Positions 1 to 10,326 of a stretch of 64,000 nt of DNA are shown piece after piece. The notes below the pieces were generated by a model. That model was not told the origin of the DNA. It ran no database searches and saw only the letters and a program-made list of their open reading frames with translations. The stretch covers positions 1,504,001 through 1,568,000 of the forward strand of contig CAWIKF010000002.1 in assembly GCA_963836755.1 (NCBI GenBank), written 5' to 3'. Source of the DNA: an uncultured Verrucomicrobiae bacterium (GTDB taxonomy: Bacteria > Verrucomicrobiota > Verrucomicrobiia > Chthoniobacterales > Chthoniobacteraceae). Position 1 is the first letter of the stretch. Every line of letters begins with the position of its first letter. A program made the position numbers and the translations under genes.

Positions 1-964
1 AGCGGCCGTCGAGATCAATTTCGCCCACCGTCTTTCCAAGCATGTTGCGATCGGTCACGACGACTCGGCGGGCGGTGACGCCGGTTTCAGCAAGGACGAG
101 ATCTTCGTCGCTGCGACCGCCGATAATGCGCTCGAACTCGTCGATACTGGCGCGCGTTCCAACGACAGAGAGGCGGTCGTCGCGATAGATCATCGTCGCA
201 TCAGTAGCCACACGCGTTTCGTCGCCATGGCGGATTCGGGAAATGGTCACCGGCGATTCAAGTCGGCCGGGGATGCCGTCAAGACGGACGCCTTCAAGAT
301 GTGCATGGGCAACGACGAGTGTGCGCCGCTCGAGCGCTTCCACCTTGCGATGATTCTTCGCTGCAAATTCCGCCGCTTCCTGCTGCGGATCTATTCGAAA
401 GATTTCCTTCAGAAGCAGCAGCGTGCCGATGATTCCGATGATGGCGGTGGGATACGTCACTGCGTAAGCCATTGCCGGCAGCTCCAGCCGGTCGGGCGTG
501 ATTCCCGGCATGGTGCCAAGCGTCTGTGTCCCGGCACCAAGCGAGGGTGTGTTCGTCGAGGCGCCGGAAAAAATCCCGAGCACTGCCGCCGAGTCGAAGC
601 CCGCGACCCAGCCGATGAGCGGAGCACCCACCGCCCCGAGCACGACGACCGCCGCGGCCAGGACGTTCATCTTCACCCCTTGGTGCCGCAGTGCCGCGAA
701 AAAGCCGGGGCCGAGCTGCAGCCCGATGGTGAAGACAAACAGGATCAGTCCGAATTCTTTGACGAAATGCAGCGTGTGCTCATCGACCTGCTCGCCAAAG
801 TGCCCCACGAGAATCCCCGCAAAGAGCACTCCTGCTGTGCCGAGCCCGATGCCGCGAAATTTGAAACTCCCCAGCGTCATCCCCAGCACGCAGACAAACG
901 AGAGCATGCCAACGGTGTGCGCGATTGGCTGAGTTGTGGAAAGTTCGGAAAGCCAGTGGAACAT
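1..964 (-). CDS. AAE-family (YidE/YbjL-like) putative transporter with TrkA-C domains, runs off left edge
   Basis: Manual translation from ATG at 964: MFHWLSEL...GIGLGTAGVLFAGILVGHFG...EFGLILFVFTIGLQLGPGFF...FSGASTNTPSLGA...AYAVTYP, hallmark YidE motifs; absent from ORF track because it has no stop in the window. Confidence 0.88.
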   Translation of the reverse strand, partial: MFHWLSELSTTQPIAHTVGMLSFVCVLGMTLGSFKFRGIGLGTAGVLFAGILVGHFGEQVDEHTLHFVKEFGLILFVFTIGLQLGPGFFAALRHQGVKMNVLAAAVVVLGAVGAPLIGWVAGFDSAAVLGIFSGASTNTPSLGAGTQTLGTMPGITPDRLELPAMAYAVTYPTAIIGIIGTLLLLKEIFRIDPQQEAAEFAAKNHRKVEALERRTLVVAHAHLEGVRLDGIPGRLESPVTISRIRHGDETRVATDATMIYRDDRLSVVGTRASIDEFERIIGGRSDEDLVLAETGVTARRVVVTDRNMLGKTVGEIDLDGR

Positions 965-978
965 AGGGCGCGAGTGAT

Positions 979-1988
979 TTAAAAGAGCCACTCGATTGGC
1001 AACCAGCTGATCACCGTGGACATAATTTTCTTCATCTCGCTCGCCTTTGGCTCGGAGGTATAACGCACTTCCCTCCCGTTTTCCTGCGTCACCCAGACGA
1101 GACAGTTGTGGTCGAGTTTCACGCGATATGCGTTGTGCGAGAGATCGGTTTCCGTCTGCTCGGGCAGACGCTTCGCCACCGCGGGGCAATCGAAGACGAC
1201 GCCCATCTCCGTGTTCAGCTTGCTTGAGCGCGGATCGAGATTGTAGAAGCCGATGAAGCCGATCTGGCGGTCAAAGGCGAACGTTTTTGCATGCAATCCT
1301 CCGATGCTCGATCCAGCGGGCTGGCGGAAGCGCCGCGTCGGTTGCGCGCCGGCGGTTGGTTGATCTCGTAGAGCTCGATCCCCGCCTCGACGAGCGGCTT
1401 GCGGTAAAGTTGGTATTTGGCGTGGACATGCGCCCCGTCGCTGGAAGCGAGTGAGTTGGTGATTACGACGACTCGCACGCCGCGCTGATGCACACCCGCC
1501 AGAAGCTCGACCCCCTCTTTACCCGGCACGAAGTAAGGCGAAATCAGGAACAGCTCGCGCTTCGTTTTATTCGCGAGCCCGCGCAAATACGGAGCGAGAT
1601 GCATCTCCGTCTGCCTGGCGGAGGTTACCACTTTGTCCGGATTGTCGGCTACAATCGTTGCCTTACCCCACAAAAACGGAACATCGCGGTTTCTGATCTG
1701 TCGGAAAAATTCACTGTCGCGCAGGCTTTCGGCGTAGGCAGAAGCTTGCATGGTTTCGTGGTGCGCGATGAGGGCCGCCCTCTGCGCGGCGAACTGCTCA
1801 GGCGTCGAGTTGTGTTTAGCCAGCGCGGTGATTGGTATCGCCGATTCGTTATTCCAATAAAGGTCGAATTCGTCCGATACTTCCTTCACCACCGGTCCAA
1901 TAACCGCCACGTCGAGGTCGGCGTAATTCATCTTCACGTTCGCGTCGGTGAGCAGAATGGCTGCGCACTGCAGGAAAGGCCAGTTCAT
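979..1988 (-). pseudogene. Phospholipase D / ClsC(YmdC)-like cardiolipin synthase, N-terminally truncated and frameshifted
   Basis: ORF 1215-1988 has DLDVAVIGPVV..FDLYWN, LISPYFVPG, TNSLAS, GIELYE; continues after a 1-nt shift near 1361 into LHAKTFAFD..NLDPRS..LNTEMG (one HKD motif); first HKD half missing. Confidence 0.8.
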
Positions 1989-2031
1989 GAAGTCAAAGTC
2001 GGACGATCACCGAATGGCGTAAGCGCAGACC

Positions 2032-2049
2032 ATTGGACTTTGGTCCCAT
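2032..2049. promoter_or_regulatory. 18-bp palindromic operator-like box ATTGGACTTTGGTCCCAT
   Basis: Intergenic, upstream of PLD gene; matches recurring motif. Confidence 0.7.
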
Positions 2050-2088
2050 CGACGCACGTGGCGATCGAGGACTTGGGCGCATCGAACA

Positions 2089-3711
2089 TCAGTGGGATGC
2101 GTGCGCTTTCAGAATTTGCAGCACGTCGGCGATCGCCTGCGGGTTCTGGTGCGCGCCGTGATTGGAGGGGACGATGTGCTCGCTCTTTGCACCGTCCATG
2201 TGCGAACTCCAATATGGGACGACGCCGTCGCTCGAGTTCGGCGAATCGCCACGGCCGCGGTCGCCAATGATGGTGTCGTAACGCACGCCGGGCGTGATCG
2301 GGAGCGTATTGACTGCTTTCACAAACCGGCTGTCGGGCGAAAGCGTATCCAGGCTGTTGGCGCGGCGTTTCGGCCTCAACTCTTTTTCGCGGACGCTCGT
2401 CAATTGCAGCATTTCTCGGCTCGCCTGCGATGCAACGCGCGCTGGCCGAATGATGCCGGCGACGAGGCGACCGAACCAGCCCCTCGCGAGATCCGCTCCT
2501 CGCAGCGGGGATGAGATGAAAATCACGCGACCGATTTCCGGCCGGTGGCGAAAATATAATTCGTCCTGAAAATATGCTCGTGTGTGCGGCGAGAGCGGAA
2601 CCTGATCGAGTGGCTTGCCGAAGATCTGCTTGCAAAGCTCATCGCCACTGTCGGTGATCAGAAGCCGGCTTATGCATCCGCCCATGCTGTGCCCGATGAC
2701 GACCATCGGCTTCGGCGCGGGGTAACGCTTTTCCACGGCGTCGAGTTCGTGGCGCAGGATGGCAGCGGAATACGGATAGGGATAGCCGCTCGGATAGCTG
2801 TAGAACCAAAACTGGTAATGCTTTCGGATCGCGGGATCGCCGCGGAGCTTGTTGATCATTGGCGTCCACGTGGCTTGCGAATCCATCAGCCCGTGAATCA
2901 CAAGCACGATAGTTTTGTCCGGATCGTAGGGTTGGAGCCGCTCGATGGCTGCAGTGTTCGCATATTTCTCCGGGTTTAAGACGCGCCAGATCTCGTATTT
3001 TTTCGGATCAGTTTGCTGGAGCATCACCGCCAGAGGCACAGTAAAATCTGCTGCGAGCGGGAAGGTGTGGCCTTTGAGCGTGACGGTTTCCTCGTCGAGC
3101 GGGTCGTGAAACGAGAGGACGCATCGACGACCCTCAAAGCGGGCGACCGCGGTCTCGCAGCGGAAGATGCGGGAGGGGATGAAGCTTTCTCGGCGGCCCT
3201 TGGTCATCGTATTGCGTTCCACCGCCACGAGCGGCGCGCCGACGCCGTCGCGCGTGGTGCGCTCGGTCACGTATTTGCCGTTGACGTCAAACTGATCGGC
3301 CGGCGTGAAATCAAAGAGCGCGGGGTTCCACTCCGGCCGCGGGTCGGGCAGATCCGAGAGCACATAATCGCCGTGATCGCTGGGGACCGTGAGCGGCTTC
3401 GTCCAGGCGTCGAGCTTTGATTTTTTAATGATCTCAAAGATCCGACCGAGAGCGAAATTATAGTCACGCTGGGCGGTGGCGCTTCCGAGATCGCGTGATG
3501 TAGTTTCGAGCGCCTCCACGCACTCGCCAAGCGCCGGAAGGGGATCGCTTCGTTCCCGCCGTGAAGCTTGAGTGATCTGCTTTTCCGCGGATGCAAGCGG
3601 TTCTGGGCCCGAAGGTCCTTGGAGCACCGGGCGCTTCGGCGTTACCTCCGCATACTGCGCACAACCGCCGAACACAATTGCCGCCGCCAGCGCACAAACA
3701 ATCGCGCGCAT
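2089..3711 (-). CDS. Alpha/beta-hydrolase (lipase/esterase-like) lipoprotein
   Basis: Lipobox-like FGGC, IHGLMDS oxyanion region, GHSMGG nucleophile elbow, SDGVVPYWSSH, C-terminal catalytic His; paralog of 22793-24454. Confidence 0.85.
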   Translation of the reverse strand: MRAIVCALAAAIVFGGCAQYAEVTPKRPVLQGPSGPEPLASAEKQITQASRRERSDPLPALGECVEALETTSRDLGSATAQRDYNFALGRIFEIIKKSKLDAWTKPLTVPSDHGDYVLSDLPDPRPEWNPALFDFTPADQFDVNGKYVTERTTRDGVGAPLVAVERNTMTKGRRESFIPSRIFRCETAVARFEGRRCVLSFHDPLDEETVTLKGHTFPLAADFTVPLAVMLQQTDPKKYEIWRVLNPEKYANTAAIERLQPYDPDKTIVLVIHGLMDSQATWTPMINKLRGDPAIRKHYQFWFYSYPSGYPYPYSAAILRHELDAVEKRYPAPKPMVVIGHSMGGCISRLLITDSGDELCKQIFGKPLDQVPLSPHTRAYFQDELYFRHRPEIGRVIFISSPLRGADLARGWFGRLVAGIIRPARVASQASREMLQLTSVREKELRPKRRANSLDTLSPDSRFVKAVNTLPITPGVRYDTIIGDRGRGDSPNSSDGVVPYWSSHMDGAKSEHIVPSNHGAHQNPQAIADVLQILKAHASH

Positions 3712-3719
3712 CCTGAGCT

Positions 3720-4718
3720 TTAGCTTTCCATCACCGGCACGTTGCGACGGCGCACCACCGGTTCATCAGTGATGATCACGGTCGTGCCGGGCGTGATGGC
3801 GTCGTAGACTTTTCCCGCGAATTCCGGGTTCACGTGCAGGCGCGAGGCAATGTCCTCGGGATCGGCGCGGCGGCCGCTGCTCGTCACGCTGAGCCAACGC
3901 CGCCCTTCGCGTCCCGGCGCGAGTGAGCTCCGGCGGCCTGTTGTGCCTTCGAGCAGCGAGAAAACCTGGTTGCCGAGCGCACCGTGCCCGCTGACTTCCA
4001 CCGCCGCGCGCCCAATTGGATTGCCGTTACGATAGACATAGATCGCTCTGTCTGCTGAGCTGACCACAATGGTGATCGGTCCGGTGGTGCTGCGCTCCGG
4101 ATTCCAGTCGTAGCCGTTCTTCGCGAGCGGACGCAGCATCTCGGGCTTGAAATCTTTTGGTGCAAGCACAAGACCGGGATTTGATGCGAAATGCGGGACC
4201 GGCACTTTGCCGTCACCGACGACTACCGTGCCGCCTTTCGCCGTCACGCCGAAGAGCAGCTTTGCAAAATCATAAGGCATCCGGATGCAACCGTGACTCG
4301 CCGGGTAGCCGGGCAAATTGCCCGAGTGCATCGCGATGCCGGTCCACGTGAGCCGCTGCATCATCGGCATTGGTGCATTATCGTATTTCTTCGAGCGGTG
4401 CGTCTGCTTTTTCTCAAGAATGGAAAATACACCACCCGGCGTGGCGTGACCCTTTGATCCTGTGCTCACCGTCGTGCGTCCGATGAGGATGCCATTGCGA
4501 TAGACGTGCATGACTTGCTCCGGCACGCTCACCAGCACTACGACCGGTCCATTCGGCGAGAGCTGCGGCTTCCACCAATATTCTCCGGGCCTGAGGCTGC
4601 CGGTGGGCTTGCCCGTAGGCGTGCCCTGTGTGTGGAACGACGGTTTTTCCATCGCCTGCGCGGTGGTGAACAACGTGAGCAAACTGATGTAAGTGGCGAA
4701 TGTGCGCAGGTGCTTCAT
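3720..4718 (-). CDS. L,D-transpeptidase (YkuD family)
   Basis: Signal peptide; VSTG, TPGGVFSILEK, HSGNLPGYPASHGCIRMP catalytic motif. Confidence 0.9.
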   Translation of the reverse strand: MKHLRTFATYISLLTLFTTAQAMEKPSFHTQGTPTGKPTGSLRPGEYWWKPQLSPNGPVVVLVSVPEQVMHVYRNGILIGRTTVSTGSKGHATPGGVFSILEKKQTHRSKKYDNAPMPMMQRLTWTGIAMHSGNLPGYPASHGCIRMPYDFAKLLFGVTAKGGTVVVGDGKVPVPHFASNPGLVLAPKDFKPEMLRPLAKNGYDWNPERSTTGPITIVVSSADRAIYVYRNGNPIGRAAVEVSGHGALGNQVFSLLEGTTGRRSSLAPGREGRRWLSVTSSGRRADPEDIASRLHVNPEFAGKVYDAITPGTTVIITDEPVVRRRNVPVMES

Positions 4719-4765
4719 AGTGGTTTTGGAATGCGTGAGGAAAGCTTGGCAGCGCGAGGGCGGGA

Positions 4766-4783
4766 ATAGGACGTTCGTCTCAT
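4766..4783. promoter_or_regulatory. 18-bp palindromic box ATAGGACGTTCGTCTCAT
   Basis: Intergenic, just upstream of L,D-transpeptidase start. Confidence 0.6.
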
Positions 4784-4814
4784 GCTGTGCTAATACGGCC
4801 GACGAATCTGACGC

Positions 4815-6095
4815 CTAATGCGTGCTCGAATCTCTCTTGCCCAGCGCGTCGGTGGTGACGGAGATGTGGCGAGCGGCCAACTCCTGAGCGAGGCGATCGG
4901 AAACTTTGCCATCAACCCAGAGAGCGAGTCCGTGAATGTCGGGATTACTATGCGCCAGCGCCGCAAAATCCTCGGCACGCCGTGCGGTGCGCTCTGCCCA
5001 AATCGCATAGTCGCATGAAAGCGGAACCACCAGCGCACCATCGCGATCCATCGCGCAGACGACTCCATTTTTGAGACTGATGGAACGCAGTGGCGTCGCG
5101 GTCTTGTTGTAGCGTGCCAGCAATTGTGCGAGGCGCTGGAAAAAGAACGCATCCTCGGAGGTGAGCGCACGGCAGGCTTGTGCGAGAAAAGTTGTCGGAT
5201 TGACGCCGATCGATGTAAGCGCTTCGGTGATGACCGTTTCGTTCACTGGAGAATACCACGGGTGCATGAGAAACGTGTCCGCATCGGGGCGCGAGACGCC
5301 AAGGGCGAAGAGCTTCTTGCGATTCATGATGCGAAGATCTTCGGGCGTGGAATTGATGAGCGTATCCTGCAGCGTCTGGTTCATGCCAATCACTGAGAGC
5401 GCGGCACCGGCGCCGCCGGTGGCTACTGAAGTCGCAGCGGAAACGATCAGCCCGCCGCCAGCCATGGCCTGCGCGGTGCTGGTGAGTTCGCGCTGCAATT
5501 CCTCATTGTTCGTGTAAGGGCTCACGCCGAGCTTCGCAGCGAGTTGCGCCTTCGCTTTGGTGGTGCCCGTAAAACCCTGCAACGCCCCGCCGCTCTCGGA
5601 TTTACTCGCGCCGCCCTTGAGTCCCTCTCCAATGCGGCCAAAAAAGCGAGACGCGCCTTTCGGAATGTTCTGGATTGTGCCGTAGGGGTCGCGCACTACC
5701 TCGGCGACGCTATCGACTTTTGCTCCCACGCTTTGCCCAAGCGCTTTTCGAAACTCGTCCGTTTTGCTCAGTCCGCGCAAATAATCGATCGCATAAATTT
5801 CGCGGATGCGCATCAGCAGCGAGGGCGTGCCGCTGACCTCCAAAACGCCGGAGGGCGAGTCGAGGAAATACGTGTTGTTGAAGCCGTCATTGACGGCGAG
5901 CGGACGAACCGTGTGCAGCGAGCCGTGCATCGAATCCTCCGGTGTAAAGTCTTTCGCCTGCACGTCTCCGCCGGTCTCGAAAGTTTTTTCAAATCTCCCG
6001 AGGAAATCCCGATCATCGGTCTGCGCGGAGGCGGGCGCCAGTGCTGCTGCGAGCAGCGCGAAGATTGATGTGGTGAGGAAGAGATGACGGTTCAT
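4815..6095 (-). CDS. Secreted hypothetical protein
   Basis: 426-aa ORF with signal peptide (ALAPASA/QT); no recognised catalytic motif. Confidence 0.75.
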   Translation of the reverse strand: MNRHLFLTTSIFALLAAALAPASAQTDDRDFLGRFEKTFETGGDVQAKDFTPEDSMHGSLHTVRPLAVNDGFNNTYFLDSPSGVLEVSGTPSLLMRIREIYAIDYLRGLSKTDEFRKALGQSVGAKVDSVAEVVRDPYGTIQNIPKGASRFFGRIGEGLKGGASKSESGGALQGFTGTTKAKAQLAAKLGVSPYTNNEELQRELTSTAQAMAGGGLIVSAATSVATGGAGAALSVIGMNQTLQDTLINSTPEDLRIMNRKKLFALGVSRPDADTFLMHPWYSPVNETVITEALTSIGVNPTTFLAQACRALTSEDAFFFQRLAQLLARYNKTATPLRSISLKNGVVCAMDRDGALVVPLSCDYAIWAERTARRAEDFAALAHSNPDIHGLALWVDGKVSDRLAQELAARHISVTTDALGKRDSSTH

Positions 6096-6164
6096 GGCAT
6101 TGAGAAAGACTGCGACTTTAGAGAGGTCGTGGTGCGACCCTAGGTGGCCCGCTTGAAGGACACT

Positions 6165-6182
6165 ATCGGACTTTGGTCCTAT
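6165..6182. promoter_or_regulatory. 18-bp palindromic box ATCGGACTTTGGTCCTAT
   Basis: Divergent promoter region between hypothetical gene and glgP. Confidence 0.75.
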
Positions 6183-6217
6183 CCACTGACGTCGCCGAAA
6201 TGAACCGCCCCAAATTC

Positions 6218-6235
6218 GTAGGACCTTCGTCCGAT
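6218..6235. promoter_or_regulatory. 18-bp palindromic box GTAGGACCTTCGTCCGAT
   Basis: Second copy in the same divergent region, shortly upstream of glgP ATG. Confidence 0.72.
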
Positions 6236-6272
6236 AGACCGGCGCATCGACTACACATCAGGGTGGAGGCGC

Positions 6273-8735
6273 ATGAACATTTCCAATTCTTCTGCCAGCT
6301 CTCTCCGGACCGGTGGAGCCGTGGCGGATCTCAAGCAGAGCTTCCTCGATAACCTTTTCTGCGCGCTCGGTCGTGCACCATTGGCCGCGACGCCGCACGA
6401 CGCTTACGTGGCGCTGGCGCTCACCGTGCGCGACCGCGTGCTAAACCGCGGCGTTCAAACGTTGGAAGCTTACGGAAAGCAGGACGCGAGAGCCGTGGCG
6501 TATCTTTCGGCAGAGTTCCTGCCCGGCCCTCACCTCGCCAACAATCTCCTCAGCCTCGGCATTACCGAACCGGCGCGACAGGCGATGAGCGAACTCGGGT
6601 TGGATCTCGACGAACTGATCGAACTGGAAGAAGAACCGGGCCTTGGCAATGGCGGACTGGGACGACTCGCGGCGTGCTACATGGACTCGCTTGCGTCGGT
6701 GGAGGTGCCGGCGGTCGGCTACGGAATTCGCTACGAGTTCGGGATTTTCGATCAAGTCATCCGCGATGGTTGGCAGGTCGAGATCACCGACAAATGGCTT
6801 CGGTCCGGCAATCCGTGGGAAGTCGCGAGGCCAGAGATCGCGTATGAAATCAAATTTGGCGGAGTCACGGAAACTGGGAACAACAAACGGGTGCGTTGGG
6901 TTCCGCAGACTGTCGTCAAGGGCATTGCCTACGACACGTCAATCCTTGGCTACCGCGTCGGCACATGCAATTGCTTGCGGCTTTGGAAAGCGGAGGCCGT
7001 CGAGTCGTTCGATTTCGCGGCGTTCAACCACGGCGACTATTACCGAGCCGTCGAAGACAAGGTGGCGTCCGAGAACATAACAAAGGTCCTTTACCCGAAC
7101 GATGAGGTCGAGCAGGGCAAGGCGCTGCGACTTCAACAGCAATTCTTTTTCGTCTCGTGTTCGCTCCAGGACATGATCCGCATCCATCTGCTGCTCGGGC
7201 GCTCGCTCGATTCTTTCCATGAAAAATGGGCGGTGCAGCTGAATGACACGCATCCTGCGCTGGCGGTGGCCGAGTTGATGCGGCTGCTGGTGGACGAGCA
7301 CGGCATGGGTTGGGACGCAGCCTGGGAAGTCACGCGTGCGACATGTGCCTACACGAATCACACCCTGCTGCCAGAGGCGCTCGAGAAATGGCCTGTGCCG
7401 CTTTTCTGCCGGCTCCTGCCGCGGCATCTCGAGATCGTCTATGAGATCAACCGGCGCTTCGTCGAAGAAGTGCGCGCCGCTTTTCCCGATGACGACGCCC
7501 GCCTCGAGCGGATGTCGCTCATTGACGAGAGCGGGCCTCGCTATGTCCGTATGGCGAATCTCGCCACTGCCGGCAGCCATCATGTGAATGGAGTCGCGCA
7601 GCTCCACTCCGACTTGCTGAAACGGACCGTTCTGCGCGATTTCGCCGATCTTTGGCCCGAGAAATTCTGCAACGTCACGAATGGCGTCACGCCGCGCCGA
7701 TTCATCGCGCTCAGCAATCCCGCGCTCACGCAGCTCATCACCAGCCACATCGGCGACGGATGGTTACAAAATCTCGATCTGTTGCGGAAACTGGAGCCGC
7801 TGGCCGACGACGCCGCCTTTCAGCAGCAATGGCGCGACGTGAAGCTCGGTGCGAAGCGCAGCCTCGCCGCGCTCATCAAGCAGCGCACGGGCATCGAGGT
7901 CAACCCGGAGTCGCTGTTCGATGTGCAGGTCAAGCGGCTGCACGAATACAAGCGCCAGCATTTGAACGTGCTGCACATCCTCACGCTGTTTCTGCGCCTG
8001 AAACGTGACCCGAACGCCGACGTTCCGGCGCGCACTTTCCTCTTTGGCGCGAAGGCCGCTCCCGGCTACTTCATGGCGAAGCTCATTATCAAGCTAATCA
8101 ATTCTGTCGCTGAGGTGCTCAACAATGACCCCGATGTGCGTGGTCGGCTGAAGGTTGTTTTCTTCCCCGACTACAACGTGAAAAACGCGCAGCACATTTT
8201 TCCCGCAGCGGATCTCTCGGAGCAAATTTCTACCGCTGGCAAGGAAGCATCCGGCACCGGCAACATGAAGCTGTCGATGAATGGGTCGCTGACCATCGGC
8301 ACACTCGATGGCGCCAATGTCGAGATTCGCGAGGAAGTCGGAGCAGAAAACTTTTTTCTCTTCGGACTTCCGGAGGATGAGGTTGTAAAGTTGAAAGCTC
8401 GCGGCTATCGACCGCGCGATTACTACGAAGAGAATGTCACACTGCGCGAGGTGATCGACTTCATCGCGAGTGGCAGTCTGAGCCGCAGCGACGCGGAGCT
8501 GTTTCGTCCGATCGTGGAAAATCTCCTCAATCACGACCCGTTCCTGCTGCTCGCAGATTATCAAAGTTACATCGACGCGCAGGAACGCGTGAGCACGATC
8601 TGGCGGGACTCCCGCGCTTGGACGCGGCAGTCAATTCTCAACTCAGCTCGCATGGGAAAATTCTCCAGCGACCGCTCTATCCGCGATTACTGCGACCGCG
8701 TCTGGAAAATCCAGCCGGCGCCGCTTTCGCAGTAG
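6273..8735 (+). CDS. glgP: Glycogen/starch phosphorylase
   Basis: GLGNGGLGRLAAC, QLNDTHP, KRLHEYKRQ, EASGTGNMK PLP-binding motif. Confidence 0.97.
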   Translation: MNISNSSASSLRTGGAVADLKQSFLDNLFCALGRAPLAATPHDAYVALALTVRDRVLNRGVQTLEAYGKQDARAVAYLSAEFLPGPHLANNLLSLGITEPARQAMSELGLDLDELIELEEEPGLGNGGLGRLAACYMDSLASVEVPAVGYGIRYEFGIFDQVIRDGWQVEITDKWLRSGNPWEVARPEIAYEIKFGGVTETGNNKRVRWVPQTVVKGIAYDTSILGYRVGTCNCLRLWKAEAVESFDFAAFNHGDYYRAVEDKVASENITKVLYPNDEVEQGKALRLQQQFFFVSCSLQDMIRIHLLLGRSLDSFHEKWAVQLNDTHPALAVAELMRLLVDEHGMGWDAAWEVTRATCAYTNHTLLPEALEKWPVPLFCRLLPRHLEIVYEINRRFVEEVRAAFPDDDARLERMSLIDESGPRYVRMANLATAGSHHVNGVAQLHSDLLKRTVLRDFADLWPEKFCNVTNGVTPRRFIALSNPALTQLITSHIGDGWLQNLDLLRKLEPLADDAAFQQQWRDVKLGAKRSLAALIKQRTGIEVNPESLFDVQVKRLHEYKRQHLNVLHILTLFLRLKRDPNADVPARTFLFGAKAAPGYFMAKLIIKLINSVAEVLNNDPDVRGRLKVVFFPDYNVKNAQHIFPAADLSEQISTAGKEASGTGNMKLSMNGSLTIGTLDGANVEIREEVGAENFFLFGLPEDEVVKLKARGYRPRDYYEENVTLREVIDFIASGSLSRSDAELFRPIVENLLNHDPFLLLADYQSYIDAQERVSTIWRDSRAWTRQSILNSARMGKFSSDRSIRDYCDRVWKIQPAPLSQ

Positions 8736-8762
8736 CGCGCCGGATGATGGCAAAATCAGCAA

Positions 8763-9197
8763 ATGGTTGCAAACCTCCTCATCGCCTGGTGCCTGCTCGC
8801 GCTGTGCGTCGCGATCCATGCGACGGGATTGACGGTGGGTTTCAACTGGCTCCGGCGTCGGACCCCGCCAGCCGAAGGGCAAATCTGGCCGGCGACGTGG
8901 CTGCTCATCCAGATCGCGGGCTGGACGCTGTTCATACATCTCATCGAAATCGCCGTGTGGGCGTTCGCCTATGTCGGGTTGCGCGCATTGCCGGACCTCA
9001 CGAGCGCACTTTACTTCAGCGCCGTGACCTATACCACCACGGGCTACGGCGATCTCGTGCTGCCGCAGGATTGGCGCCTCGTCGGCGCAATCGAGGCGCT
9101 CACTGGCATCCTGATGTGCGGCCTTTCGGCGGGAATGTTTTTTGCGGTTTTCTCGAAGGTCTTTCGACTGAACATAGTGAGTCCGGAAATTAAATGA
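8763..9197 (+). CDS. Potassium-channel-like small membrane protein (Ion_trans_2)
   Basis: YFSAVTYTTTGYGD selectivity-filter motif between TM helices. Confidence 0.88.
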   Translation: MVANLLIAWCLLALCVAIHATGLTVGFNWLRRRTPPAEGQIWPATWLLIQIAGWTLFIHLIEIAVWAFAYVGLRALPDLTSALYFSAVTYTTTGYGDLVLPQDWRLVGAIEALTGILMCGLSAGMFFAVFSKVFRLNIVSPEIK

Positions 9198-9200
9198 GTC

Positions 9201-10295
9201 ATGCAAGTGCTGCTCACAGAAATCCGCCGCAACCCACTTCTCTGGCTGCTTGCCTTTGTCCCGGTGGTGTTCGCCGCGGAACACTTTTGGCCGGAGGCGC
9301 ACACGTTGCTTTTCCTGCTGTCGGTGCTCGCTATCGTGCCGCTGGCGGCATTGCTCAGCCACGCCACGGAATCCGTCGCGAGCAAGACGGGCGACGCGGT
9401 CGGCGGCTTGCTCAATGCCACGCTAGGCAATCTCACGGAACTCGTCATCGCGCTGGCCGCCTTGCGTGCCGGTCAATACATGCTGGTGAAGGCTTCAGTC
9501 GCTGGCGCGATTGTCACCAATACGCTGTTCATGCTCGGAGCCTCGTTTCTCTTGGGCGGACTCAAACATCACACACAAGAGTTCAACCGCGTCTCCGCCC
9601 GGATGCAAGCGGGCCTGCTTTTTCTCGCGACGGTGGCACTGCTTGTTCCATCGGCTATTTCAAAAGTCGATTCAGCCAAGTTTGCCGGTGTGACCCAAAC
9701 CCTGAGCGTTGGCCTCGCCGTATTGCTGATCGCAGTTTATGGGCTTGGCATGCTTTTTTCCCTGAAGACACATCGCGAGCTCTTCACCAGTGCCGAGCAC
9801 GGCGAGGAAGGCGAAGAGCCGTGGCCCATCGGGCTGGCGCTTGTAGTGCTGGCGGTCGTCACCGTGCTTGTGGCTCTGGTGAGCGAAATTTTCGTCGAGT
9901 CCGTGCAGGAGGCGGCGAAGGTGTTTGGAATGACTCCCGCGTTCGTGGGCTTCATCGTCGTCGCGCTCGTTGGCGGCGCGGCAGAAATGGCCTCCGCTTT
10001 CTCCGGAGCGCGTAAAAATCGCTTGGATCTGAGCGTCGGCATCGCGCTGGGCAGTGCGTCGCAAATCGCGCTTTTTGTGGCGCCCGCGCTTGTGCTTCTC
10101 AGCTATGTGCTCGGTCCGACGCCGATGGACCTGCGGTTCTGGCCGGGTGCCGTGGTGATGATGCTTCTTGCCACGGTGACCGCCTCCTTCGTCAGCGGTA
10201 GCGGACGCTCGACGTGGTTTACCGGCGTGCTCGTGCTGACCGTTTACCTCATCTTCGCCATGACGCTTTACGTCCTGCCGCCCCAAGGACAATGA
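9201..10295 (+). CDS. cax: Ca2+/H+ antiporter (CaCA/CAX family)
   Basis: GGLLNATLGNLTEL and GAAE repeats, LSVGIALGSASQIALFV, many TM segments. Confidence 0.9.
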   Translation: MQVLLTEIRRNPLLWLLAFVPVVFAAEHFWPEAHTLLFLLSVLAIVPLAALLSHATESVASKTGDAVGGLLNATLGNLTELVIALAALRAGQYMLVKASVAGAIVTNTLFMLGASFLLGGLKHHTQEFNRVSARMQAGLLFLATVALLVPSAISKVDSAKFAGVTQTLSVGLAVLLIAVYGLGMLFSLKTHRELFTSAEHGEEGEEPWPIGLALVVLAVVTVLVALVSEIFVESVQEAAKVFGMTPAFVGFIVVALVGGAAEMASAFSGARKNRLDLSVGIALGSASQIALFVAPALVLLSYVLGPTPMDLRFWPGAVVMMLLATVTASFVSGSGRSTWFTGVLVLTVYLIFAMTLYVLPPQGQ

Positions 10296-10326
10296 CCGCA
10301 TTTTTAACCTCAAATCCTCACCACCC

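Noticed and set aside
227..982. 251-aa plus-strand ORF
   Set aside because: Antisense shadow of the YidE-like transporter on the minus strand.
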